From positions 1-55,189 of the IMG/VR virus record IMGVR_UViG_3300025066_002456: a stretch of 55,189 nt of DNA; one strand, 5' to 3'. This stretch comes from a virus. Taxonomy: Duplodnaviria > Caudoviricetes. The position numbers and the translations under genes are program-made. Positions 18,512 to 28,412 of this stretch are shown one piece after another. Position 1 is the stretch's first letter. Every line of letters begins with the position of its first letter. The notes under the pieces are model-generated. The model ran no database searches, had not been told where the DNA came from, and saw nothing but the letters and a program-made list of their open reading frames with translations.

Positions 18512-21500
18512 CTACAGCTGGTCATCGCAATCTAGATCTGCTCCAAAGATGTCATCATGTTGTTTCTGCTCTATTGCATCTATAAGTAGTAACGCAATAT
18601 AAATCATACCAGGAATGGTACTCGGCGGGCCAGCAAAGAATGGAAACGGGATTATCCCGCCGCCATAAGGTATCATTGAGGGCAACATTGCAGCCCATAA
18701 ACCAGGTAATAAGAGAGGAGACTGAAAAAGATCTTCTAGAGTCTCCTTGGCATCCGTTTTAAAAGTGTCTAATGCACTGGTCGCATCTTCTAGGAGCTGG
18801 TTGGCTTCATCTAAAAATTGTTTTGCTTCAATAAATGTATCAAAAAGCAAATTAACTTTTAAAAATTGTTCTATAAATCTATCAACAGTTTCTTTGTCGA
18901 CTGCACTTAATCCATCATAAACAGTTTTAAATTCCGACCCCTCTTCTATTTCGCCGTTATCGTCGACACCATTAATATTTAATACAGCTTCATCGGTCGG
19001 GGTATAGTTCTCATTAATGTTATCAGTATTTATTTCTATGAAACTTCCAACACCTGGTATACTAGATTTAGCTGCATCCACCATACTAGCAGCAACTTTA
19101 AGTTGCATTAAGGCAGTTTGTAGCGCGGTGTCACCTGCTATCTTCACTCCCTGCTGTACCTGCTTGGCTATAGTCAGGCCTTGCTCCACAAGTGATAAAG
19201 TAGTCGTCACCACAGCGTTAGCTATATCAATAATAAGTTTTGCTATTATAACGGCAGGATCTGTTAATTCAACAAAGCCCTTGAGAATCATAAACATCGT
19301 TTTATAAATTATTTTTAATATAAGCTTTGTCATATCAGGCTCTTTGCCTGTCGTGCCACCCATGCCTCTCAAACTTATATCGCCCATTGAGGACATCACG
19401 TCGTCTGGGACAAATTTATAATCTTGTGAACTCATTATGTTTTGAATAATCATCAAAATTCTTTTTTTGGTCTCATCTAAAACATCAGTCGGTTCTGTAA
19501 TAAACTTTGATAACCCGTCAGAAGCGTAGACAAATCCTAGTGTCATATACCTTCGAAGAGGTAAACAATGATCAAAAATTAGTTTAAATTCTGGAGAATT
19601 TTTTAAATCCTTAACAAGATCTTGCGCAAGGTATTTATAAAAGAATGTATAAGGAGTTTTTGTTAAATATTTAAATTTCTCTTCTTCTATTGTAACTACT
19701 TCTGATAGTTTGGCATTCCAACCAATGTTAGACACACCAGGCGCCCAAAAACCCATTTCTTCTAAACTAAATAATCGCTCGTCTCCTTCAATTGTAAGGC
19801 CTCCTGTGTCTTCTTGTATTCTAACTTCCCTTTCAACCTCAGCAATAGGAATGTGCATTTCTGTCATTATTCTTTTTTGGCTGCTGCCTTGATAGAAATA
19901 AGGCCTTTGTACGTACAATGATTTGCATGCCTTCAGCCCTTTAATTTTTTCCTGACCCGTGAAAGCGGCTTCAATTACGTTCTTTATTTTGCGACTTGAG
20001 GTGTTTATAGAGTTATCAAAATTATCTGTTGGCACTGAGTAAGTCATTCTCAACCCAATTTTGTATTTCTTGCAGATTAACTGGAAGCCGTATTTATTAT
20101 ACAAATCTTTTAAAGGATTAAACTCCGGGAAAGCGGGAGAATCAAAATTCATAACTCTTTTTACAAAAATTGTGTTATAAAAATGACTCCATGCTGATAT
20201 TGGGATATAAGCCGGCTTTCCATTGTATCCCAGCATATAACACCTAAAAACATTACTACCCTCGTCTAAAGTGGATAATATCATGTCTAGGGCTGCTCTT
20301 ATTGCAGGATGGTTTGCATTAAATTCAGAAGAATAGGTATAATCTGGCTCACATGGCTCTCCATGTTCATCGGTATCGGAGCCGTCGACTTCATATGAAT
20401 GTCTGGTGCTCATATTAGACCAGTAGTTATCTTTTTCATCTTCTGATATGTGTGTAACCTTCATATAAGGTTGGATGATTACATTTCCCAATAATCTATT
20501 AAGGTCGGTCCCCATTGTGTTTTCTACAAAGTTCTCCTTTGTGAAAGCTGTGCTGCGTTCAAAAACGCTCTTTCTTCGGTTGTTCAACACCTTGAATTCA
20601 GACCAGTCAGGCGCATCAATGTCGAAGAAAGGCTCTTCTTGATAGGCGTCAAAAAGAGTTTTGTTGGCCGCGGCGCCGAAGTCACCGGATGCATGTTTTG
20701 CCTCATATGCCGCGTCCAGTGCGGCAAAGACTTCAGCGCGCTCTTTTATGAAGGCGCCGTGTTCGGCGTTGGCCGCTTCATACGCAGCCCGGGCGTCGTT
20801 GTAATAGCCCTCCGACCACAAGCTCATACCTTCCTCTAACTCGGCGGTGGCGAGTTCTAGTTGCCATGTCGTGTAGGCCTGCGACATGGCGACCATGGCC
20901 GACGTGCGGTTGGAGGTTGAATCAGAGAGCTTTTGATTCCAGTCAGCCTTGATGGCCTGATAAACGGATTCATATAGCTCCTCTTTAGCGTCGAGGAGCG
21001 GCTGAATCTCAGCTTCTTTTGAATTTTGAGCAGAAAGCTGGTTGTCGTCGTCGGCCCAAGCTCCAGGAATATCTAACCAAGTATTGTTGTACAAGAATGC
21101 GTCACCTCGATGACTCATTGGCAACGAATGAAGGAAGTTTCTGTTGTTTCTTTGTCTTATACGATCAGAAGAATCCCATGTTTTTTTATCAAACAAATCA
21201 ATAGTACCTAAAGTTCCATGAACTGCAGTACCTATACCACTCGGCGCAGAGGCATCCTCGTCATCGTGTCTGGGAGCAAGGTGTTTTGCGCCGTCTCCAT
21301 AATTCATCGTGTAAATGTTTGATCCAAATCTTGCATCGATAATAAAGTCTTGTCCAGTCTGGTCATAAAATGCAGCGATCTCTGCCGTCTTGGCTGACGC
21401 TGATATTTGTTGCTGAGCCGGGTCGTCACTAAACCATATTTTTTTAGCCACGCTATCAACGTCAACATTGGAGCTTTTTAAAATTTCTAAATTTAAATCC

Positions 21501-24500
21501 GATGTCATTGGTATCGAATTTATAAACATTCCTTTTATTGTCTTTGTTACATTTTGACCTTCTGCCTTCACTAGATATTCTAAACCACTCTGCTTTCCTC
21601 TTTGATGAGCCATTTCAACATCGGATAAACCCTTTTCTTTTCGTAAAACATCATTTGCAATATAGGCAATCATATCTAAGTTAATATCTTCTTTAATATT
21701 TTTAATAATTATCTTTACAAGGATGTCCTCTTTAACAACATCGGAAACGTCGTAGCTATCCCATGCGATGAGGCTAGCTAAACATACCTCCAGTGTATAT
21801 ATTTTTACCAAAAGTATAACACAGCCTTGAAGCAAAGCTATTCTAGCTGCGTTGTCTTCCGGAGAGCTTTTTTCATATACATCATGACAAATTGATTTTT
21901 CATAAAATGCTAAAATTCTTTGTTTTACATCGTCTAAATTGAAAAAATCTGTCTCTGAATTCTGTAAATCATCTCGCGAAGCGGCTGTATAACCAGCGGC
22001 GGCGTCTAGACATCTAGGATCTATAGAAGATGAATTTATAGGATTCTTAAGAATTTTTTTCCATAATTTTTTCATCATTCCGCGTTCATGAAGCCTGGAA
22101 TGTTTCAATTTTGCAAAGCTTTGGTGTACGTACGCCATTTGTAGTGCTGGAAAGGAACTGTTCGCCAAACTGTGTTTGAGTGTCTTTTCAAAATTACCAT
22201 TAAGCAGCAGTGTATTGGCTTCGGAGGGTTTATAATCATTGTACATGTCAATAAATCTGCGAGAAAGGAGCTTTCCAAACACCTGGGCTTTAAAATTAAG
22301 GGGATTATAGCGCGGGGAAGAATAGCCAGGATGATCACTAATCATCTTTTTTACTATTGTCTCTCCGCTTTCATCTTTAAATAAATCTTGTACAAGATCT
22401 TGCACATCTGAATCTAGTTTTTTACCAAAATTAAAATTATATTTTTCTTTTCCAATTTCATTTTCAGATCCAACTATGTTTTTATCTGGCGACTCGCCGG
22501 CGTCGCTATTTAGTTTTCCCTTTACAAACTTAAACATATCTCTAAAATTAACTAATTGAGAAGATATATTGTTTTCTAAAGGCAGGGCAACATTTTGATA
22601 TATCAAATTGTCTTTCTTGTTAACAAAATCTAGCTGTCCAAGTATAGACTGAAAAGTCTCAGAGGCATTATCTTGCGACCGGAGTTTAGATAATATTTTC
22701 TCAGTTATTTTAGAACCATCAAAGCCGGCAACTTTTTTAGAAGCTAGCTCAGTAAAAGACGTTACAATTTTTATTATATCCGGATCATAATGTATCGCTC
22801 TAGAATAAATTCTTGGACCTGTGGGGTCGGACTTCTGCGAGCGCACCTTGTCCGGGCCGGGATCATAGGTAGAAATTGGATTCGGCACTACATCATTAAC
22901 AAAGCCCAGATGCTGATTAAAGTTCGCTTCTCTAGTTAAGGAGTTATACATCTCGGTATTCACTTTATCCTTGTCAGAAGAAAAGAACTCTATCATCTTT
23001 TCTTTTTCAAAAGATAACGGACTTTCTGGATCTGCAAAGTATTGCCTAAAAACAATATATTGGGGGGTGTATGTACGATTTGTTTCTCTGTTAACTAAAT
23101 TGCCCGGCTGGTTCGTCGCCCACTCTGTAGCGCTGACCATGTCGTCACTCTTTGTCTTTGCCTGCTTCCCCGGGGCGGTGATGACACGTGTCTTCTCCTT
23201 TCCGAAGGAGAGAATCACCCCCTCAATTGACTCTGGTAAAATTGGTCCGAAACTAGAAAATATGCTTCCACACCTCTCAGCATCAAGGCCTAGCGCTTCA
23301 TATAGCGTCAACTGCATAAATGTCTTTAATATGGTAGAGTCGCTATCTAAAGATTGTGTACCGTCTATTGTATCGCCGGACTCCGTGTCAGTGGGATCTG
23401 GAATCTGCGGAGGCTCGTATTCTGGGTCTGCCATTTGCTTGAACATTTTCCATAATTTTACCAAGCCAGGAGAAACTTTAAGACCTTTTAGAACCTTTGT
23501 TGACAGGCTGCTTGGGCCGGCATCTCCGCGGAAGCCATCATTGCCTTTGCTCGTGTCTAGTACGGGCCACTTGCCAGCTGTAAAGTGCAGCCCAATAGAC
23601 ATAAAGTCGCCGGCGGCGTCCTGGCCAAGCCACTTATCATTCCATTCAAGATCATAGCCAGTAAAATTACGTAACATGCCTAGCCACTTCGTATCACTTC
23701 CATGGCTGCCGTCAATTTCAAATAATGGGAGACCAATGGGGTTAATATCTGGTGAGGCGATGTCAATCGCTGTGTTCGAGGCCGGAAAGGATGTTGGTAT
23801 AGGCCCTATAGGATTGTAATTCATGTCCTGAAGTTGCTCAACATCAAGAATCAACTCTCTTAGATACATTGGTTTAATAGGCTCTTTGAACATGTCCACT
23901 ATATCTTGGTTTATTTTTTCTCCATCTTCAACGGCCATGTCAGCCAACGCGGAGGATGGCGCGACGCCGTTTCTCACTCTTACTTTGTTTAACGCGTCTT
24001 TAAAGGGCGGCCGGTCGTCATAACGTTCTTGAATAAGCTCCCACTTTGCGTTATTATTTTCTGCTGCAGTCCACCCCTTAGCAGGAGAAACCTTGTCTGT
24101 TTTAAGAAGCGCTCCATAGTGCATTGGCTCAAAGTGCACCGCATTTTCTAGAAAATTTTCTACCCAAGTTAAAGTTGAATCATCAGAGGGGTGCCATCCA
24201 TAAAAGAACGGATTCGAAGTCAGGTGGCCGCCGCCTTCGCCGGCCATGGCCGTTTCTATTAACCTTATAGCTGCTTGTCTATTTTTTTGGCGGAACTCTT
24301 TGCGAGTTTTTACTGTGTTTTCTGATCGTTTCCAGTCTATACCCCAGCCTTCTGTGGCCATAGCGCCGTAATGTAAATATTTGTTATATGTTAATGGGTA
24401 CCACTTAAAAGCCCCAGTGTTTTTGTGGGATCCAATAAGACCATGTTCATATTCAGGGTAGTTAGTAACATTCCATGGATTCCCTATATAGGCAAAACCA

Positions 24501-27500
24501 ATTTTATAATATGGATTTCTAAGAGTATTGGAAAACATATTATATGCCTTCTTCATTTCTTCTGGATCTGTTGCAGCTAAAATTGCTCTAGGGGGTACAG
24601 AGAAAAATTCCAAAGAAGATAGGTCTTGTATTAAAGAGCTTTTTACTGTTGTTAACAGATTATCCGTTATTCGTGTCATCGAGTCTCTTACACCGGGCGG
24701 CAATTCAAAAAACCCCCCCTCAGAACAAGGAGAAGGAAGACCGTATTGCCCTGAAGCACTGGGAGACATGCCAAACATCCCCAAACTAGAGAGATCTATG
24801 AGCTTATTTTTTAAATCATTTAACTCATCTTGTATTTGTCTATCGCACTCCTCTTTTGTAAGGCCGGCTTTTTGAAGCTCTTCGCACCTTGCGTCGCTGT
24901 TATATATTGCTTCACATACCTCTGTAACAACAGGCGAAGAGGCAGTGAGAACGTTACAGATATCTAAATTTGGTAAACTTCTCCCTAGTTTCTCGAAAGC
25001 CACTCGAATTTCATATATAGTATTGATACCGGCATTGTAAATTTGAGGCCATTCAATTTCCGTCCTAGATAAGCATGCATTTAATGTTTTCTTGGACGCG
25101 TCGCCCCTAAGAAGAGCACACAACTGGCCGATTGATAAATTATCTATAAGATCTTTCATCCATCCTATTACATCTTCATCCGATATGCCAGTAAGTTTAG
25201 GTATATCAGCAGTTCGTATATTGGGGATTGTCTCTGAGGCCGGCCTTCTGCTATTAACAGGGTTCATAGACGGGCCTTGGTCGTTGTTCTCCTCTAAACA
25301 CTTTTCCAAAGCCTCCTTGATAAGAAGTTGCGCGATCTCACCAAAGATCATTGCTACCATGGATAACAAAGCGTCTAGAAGCTTCTTGCTGTAGTCTCCC
25401 ATGTGACTGTCTGTACTTAGGTTTTCAGGAAAGTTTAATGAAGGAAGATTAAAACTAAATGCCCTTTTCAGTGCATTCATAAAGTCTTCCCACCAATCGC
25501 CAAAGCCGCCAAGAAAAGCATGGGGATCTTTCATTAAAAATTCTAATCCGTCTAATATATCTCCAACTAAAAGTTCACACAAAGTGCTTAAATCGACAAC
25601 ATTCGCTTTCATGTAAGCTAGCCATGCTTTGGCGTCTTTGATAACTCCCGCTCCATCAGCTGCAGGATTATAATTAGAAGACTGCTTTACGCTCTCTAAA
25701 GCAGTCTGGTAATTAATCCTCCTAGGAGCATCTTTAAAAGAGTTTGGATAATTAACATATAGGCCCCACTGGACTTCGTCCGGTACCATATATCCACCTT
25801 GAACCATAAGCGCTTGCACTTCACTACTGGTATATCCTAATTCTTTTAATCTATTGGTCTCAGAATCTACTTCTTTCTGCGTATAGACCTCGCCAGGAGA
25901 ATAAGAAGACATTTGGTCAACATGTGGATCCAATGCGCCGGCCTTTCCGGAGGGAGATATTGTCCCATCAACATCGTATGCGCGCTGGGCCAACTTCAAC
26001 TGGATAGCGAGGCCGGCCTTTTCCATGTTTCTTATTACTTCTATTGCGTCCGGAATAATATCAATCTCCCCCACTACTAATGCAGTGGCGATTGGGGCTC
26101 CATCATACCTCTCATCGAGTTTTAGACGTCTATCTGCTGCATATGGATCCTCTGTCGTATCTGCGTTTTCTAGGGAGGACTGCCTAGCTTCGGGATTGTA
26201 ATATGGTGAATTAGGATCTCCTAATACACTTAGTATACGCTGAGATACTTCACTTTGTGGGGTTGCAAAAGCTGCCGTTATCAACAAACTAGTCATAGTC
26301 TCGGTGCCCAATGTTTTAACAAGCTCTATAATCGCTGCCTCACAAATGGCCTCGATGGATAGGGGTATGCCAAGTTTTTTCTGTAAACAAGCCATTATCA
26401 GGGACATTAGCGCCATCGGATCTAAAATATGAAAAAATTGTTGAAATATTATTGATATGTATTCTGTATGAGTACTCCCTGCGCCAGAAGATGATGCTAA
26501 GCGCATATCCTCACTAGCTTCCTCCAGTCCCTTGGTACTCAATGACGGATCGCCGGCATGTGTTGAGTCCTTGAACTGCTCAAAATACATTTCTTTACAT
26601 CTAGGATTATTATATAATTTTTCTTGTAATAACTTCTCTTGTCTGCCAACGTTGGGGCCGGCCGCATTTAACTGCTGAATTAGTTCATCACAGTCCAAAT
26701 CATCAACAGAGGTGAATTGTTGCGGGTCTTTTGATGGGTATATCTTAAGTGGCGGAACACAATATTTTTGAAGGAATTCAGCCCAGTCATATGAACTCAG
26801 ATCTCCTCCAACAGTATTTAAGAATTTAGTAATACTACTATGGGCCATTATTAGATGCAGAGTCCTGCTACCATATGCTCCGTCATAAACCTCTCTAATA
26901 TAAGGTAGCGCTGTTTTCAGGTGAACCGCACTTCTTTTTATTCCAGAATCTCCATAAAGTTCTGCATCAGTAATAAAGGGATCAAAATCAAATAAATTTA
27001 TATTTCCAAGTGTTTCAGGATCTGTCAGGCTTTTAGGATCTGGAGAAAACAAAACATAAGCTATTGTTTCTCTTACACCACAGCCTATAGTGTTATTATC
27101 AGCTATAGCAAATTGTATTATATGGTCGTATAGAGTTCTAGTCCCCTCAGATATAGCCAAAGAGAAATCTGAATTGTCAGTTAAGGCTGGAAACGACTGT
27201 CTTTCCAAAAAATTATTTATTTCTTTTGGAAATCTTTCAAGTTGTTCAATTTGAATATTGATGTCGTATTCCAGATCGCTCACATCAAGGATCTTAAGAC
27301 GTGATGTTTCCAATTTGCTTCTTACGGCTTTAAATTTAGATACTAGATCTGCACATATTTTTGGTAATTCATTAAGTTTAACTGCAAAAGCATAATTTTT
27401 ACCATCTTTGTAGGGCGCCATCGAAGTGGTATCATAGATCTCTGAAAAGGTCTTGTCTGGTAATGCATCAACATAGCTAGACCGAATCGCAAACAGTGCT

Positions 27501-28405
27501 CTTTGATTATTGGGATCGACCGTCTGAGTATTCACCTTGAGGCCGGATAAGACAAAGTGCTCGTTTCTAAGCATTTCCCCTACGTTTTCTTGTTCGGGAG
27601 GAATTTTTTTCCCTAGATAATCTAATAAGTTGTTAAAGGCGGCAACTTTCAAACTATCAATAGAGTTATTAGATTCTTGTAACTTGTCGGCTTCTATCTG
27701 TGCTTCTGACTTATATTCTCCATAAATCTCGCCACTGGTTACAGCCTCGCTCTGGCGAGCGTTTTCTCCTAAAATAAAATAATAATACCCCTCAGAACAT
27801 CGCAATGTCGGATTTAAATTTACCCCCTCAATAGTATAATCTTCATTAACAACCTCTTCGTTATGTTGGTTGAAATTATAATATGCTAGTCTGACGTCAT
27901 TAGGGGTTAACGAAAGCCAATTTTGGTTGTCTTTGGGTGAAATGGCACGACTGCCTGCAGGTATATATGTTAAAAATATCGGATCGTCCGGGCGTGAAAA
28001 CTTCCTTGATATCAATGGGCATGTATACCCGTCTTTTATCCTGACATATGCCACATCTGTATACAGTATCTCCCCGTCTGAGATAAAGCCGGCCCATGTA
28101 CCGGTTTCGCTTTCAACGACTTCTACGACCTCCAAAGGGTGACCAATCGCCACGCTTAGTCCATCTAAATCATATCCCGCATCTGACCATCCAAGGCTTA
28201 GGCCATCGTTGTAAGGAGCAACCCTAACTGGTAAACGATGATCCCTTAACATCCCAACATAATATTTGTAATCGCCTATGTTTAAAGTGCTTTCCAGATT
28301 TTTGTCACTAACAATAGGAGAAGTAGATGTTAATTCCTCAATATCTGGGGGGCCTTTGGGCTCATTGAAAGTTTCCAGGACGTCGATGTCTGTATAATCT
28401 GCCAT
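18512..28405 (-). CDS. Giant hypothetical virion-associated protein (3297 aa)
   Basis: Uninterrupted 9.9 kb ORF with GAGG SD, lying between the spike-like gene and gp25; appears largely helical with hydrophobic C-terminal segments. Confidence 0.7.
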   Translation of the reverse strand: MADYTDIDVLETFNEPKGPPDIEELTSTSPIVSDKNLESTLNIGDYKYYVGMLRDHRLPVRVAPYNDGLSLGWSDAGYDLDGLSVAIGHPLEVVEVVESETGTWAGFISDGEILYTDVAYVRIKDGYTCPLISRKFSRPDDPIFLTYIPAGSRAISPKDNQNWLSLTPNDVRLAYYNFNQHNEEVVNEDYTIEGVNLNPTLRCSEGYYYFILGENARQSEAVTSGEIYGEYKSEAQIEADKLQESNNSIDSLKVAAFNNLLDYLGKKIPPEQENVGEMLRNEHFVLSGLKVNTQTVDPNNQRALFAIRSSYVDALPDKTFSEIYDTTSMAPYKDGKNYAFAVKLNELPKICADLVSKFKAVRSKLETSRLKILDVSDLEYDINIQIEQLERFPKEINNFLERQSFPALTDNSDFSLAISEGTRTLYDHIIQFAIADNNTIGCGVRETIAYVLFSPDPKSLTDPETLGNINLFDFDPFITDAELYGDSGIKRSAVHLKTALPYIREVYDGAYGSRTLHLIMAHSSITKFLNTVGGDLSSYDWAEFLQKYCVPPLKIYPSKDPQQFTSVDDLDCDELIQQLNAAGPNVGRQEKLLQEKLYNNPRCKEMYFEQFKDSTHAGDPSLSTKGLEEASEDMRLASSSGAGSTHTEYISIIFQQFFHILDPMALMSLIMACLQKKLGIPLSIEAICEAAIIELVKTLGTETMTSLLITAAFATPQSEVSQRILSVLGDPNSPYYNPEARQSSLENADTTEDPYAADRRLKLDERYDGAPIATALVVGEIDIIPDAIEVIRNMEKAGLAIQLKLAQRAYDVDGTISPSGKAGALDPHVDQMSSYSPGEVYTQKEVDSETNRLKELGYTSSEVQALMVQGGYMVPDEVQWGLYVNYPNSFKDAPRRINYQTALESVKQSSNYNPAADGAGVIKDAKAWLAYMKANVVDLSTLCELLVGDILDGLEFLMKDPHAFLGGFGDWWEDFMNALKRAFSFNLPSLNFPENLSTDSHMGDYSKKLLDALLSMVAMIFGEIAQLLIKEALEKCLEENNDQGPSMNPVNSRRPASETIPNIRTADIPKLTGISDEDVIGWMKDLIDNLSIGQLCALLRGDASKKTLNACLSRTEIEWPQIYNAGINTIYEIRVAFEKLGRSLPNLDICNVLTASSPVVTEVCEAIYNSDARCEELQKAGLTKEECDRQIQDELNDLKNKLIDLSSLGMFGMSPSASGQYGLPSPCSEGGFFELPPGVRDSMTRITDNLLTTVKSSLIQDLSSLEFFSVPPRAILAATDPEEMKKAYNMFSNTLRNPYYKIGFAYIGNPWNVTNYPEYEHGLIGSHKNTGAFKWYPLTYNKYLHYGAMATEGWGIDWKRSENTVKTRKEFRQKNRQAAIRLIETAMAGEGGGHLTSNPFFYGWHPSDDSTLTWVENFLENAVHFEPMHYGALLKTDKVSPAKGWTAAENNNAKWELIQERYDDRPPFKDALNKVRVRNGVAPSSALADMAVEDGEKINQDIVDMFKEPIKPMYLRELILDVEQLQDMNYNPIGPIPTSFPASNTAIDIASPDINPIGLPLFEIDGSHGSDTKWLGMLRNFTGYDLEWNDKWLGQDAAGDFMSIGLHFTAGKWPVLDTSKGNDGFRGDAGPSSLSTKVLKGLKVSPGLVKLWKMFKQMADPEYEPPQIPDPTDTESGDTIDGTQSLDSDSTILKTFMQLTLYEALGLDAERCGSIFSSFGPILPESIEGVILSFGKEKTRVITAPGKQAKTKSDDMVSATEWATNQPGNLVNRETNRTYTPQYIVFRQYFADPESPLSFEKEKMIEFFSSDKDKVNTEMYNSLTREANFNQHLGFVNDVVPNPISTYDPGPDKVRSQKSDPTGPRIYSRAIHYDPDIIKIVTSFTELASKKVAGFDGSKITEKILSKLRSQDNASETFQSILGQLDFVNKKDNLIYQNVALPLENNISSQLVNFRDMFKFVKGKLNSDAGESPDKNIVGSENEIGKEKYNFNFGKKLDSDVQDLVQDLFKDESGETIVKKMISDHPGYSSPRYNPLNFKAQVFGKLLSRRFIDMYNDYKPSEANTLLLNGNFEKTLKHSLANSSFPALQMAYVHQSFAKLKHSRLHERGMMKKLWKKILKNPINSSSIDPRCLDAAAGYTAASRDDLQNSETDFFNLDDVKQRILAFYEKSICHDVYEKSSPEDNAARIALLQGCVILLVKIYTLEVCLASLIAWDSYDVSDVVKEDILVKIIIKNIKEDINLDMIAYIANDVLRKEKGLSDVEMAHQRGKQSGLEYLVKAEGQNVTKTIKGMFINSIPMTSDLNLEILKSSNVDVDSVAKKIWFSDDPAQQQISASAKTAEIAAFYDQTGQDFIIDARFGSNIYTMNYGDGAKHLAPRHDDEDASAPSGIGTAVHGTLGTIDLFDKKTWDSSDRIRQRNNRNFLHSLPMSHRGDAFLYNNTWLDIPGAWADDDNQLSAQNSKEAEIQPLLDAKEELYESVYQAIKADWNQKLSDSTSNRTSAMVAMSQAYTTWQLELATAELEEGMSLWSEGYYNDARAAYEAANAEHGAFIKERAEVFAALDAAYEAKHASGDFGAAANKTLFDAYQEEPFFDIDAPDWSEFKVLNNRRKSVFERSTAFTKENFVENTMGTDLNRLLGNVIIQPYMKVTHISEDEKDNYWSNMSTRHSYEVDGSDTDEHGEPCEPDYTYSSEFNANHPAIRAALDMILSTLDEGSNVFRCYMLGYNGKPAYIPISAWSHFYNTIFVKRVMNFDSPAFPEFNPLKDLYNKYGFQLICKKYKIGLRMTYSVPTDNFDNSINTSSRKIKNVIEAAFTGQEKIKGLKACKSLYVQRPYFYQGSSQKRIMTEMHIPIAEVEREVRIQEDTGGLTIEGDERLFSLEEMGFWAPGVSNIGWNAKLSEVVTIEEEKFKYLTKTPYTFFYKYLAQDLVKDLKNSPEFKLIFDHCLPLRRYMTLGFVYASDGLSKFITEPTDVLDETKKRILMIIQNIMSSQDYKFVPDDVMSSMGDISLRGMGGTTGKEPDMTKLILKIIYKTMFMILKGFVELTDPAVIIAKLIIDIANAVVTTTLSLVEQGLTIAKQVQQGVKIAGDTALQTALMQLKVAASMVDAAKSSIPGVGSFIEINTDNINENYTPTDEAVLNINGVDDNGEIEEGSEFKTVYDGLSAVDKETVDRFIEQFLKVNLLFDTFIEAKQFLDEANQLLEDATSALDTFKTDAKETLEDLFQSPLLLPGLWAAMLPSMIPYGGGIIPFPFFAGPPSTIPGMIYIALLLIDAIEQKQHDDIFGADLDCDDQL

Positions 28406-28412
28406 ATTTTCC

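Noticed and set aside
22971-23657. 228-aa plus-strand ORF and the many other short antisense ORFs in the track (e.g. 10161-10613, 14964-15458, 48044-48463)
   Set aside because: They lie wholly opposite long credible genes, have no recognisable motifs, and look like antisense shadows
18512-28405. Intein, intron or diversity-generating retroelement target in the giant genes
   Set aside because: I saw no intein splice motifs or LAGLIDADG blocks, no reverse transcriptase, and no template/variable repeat pair; subtle cases cannot be excluded by eye
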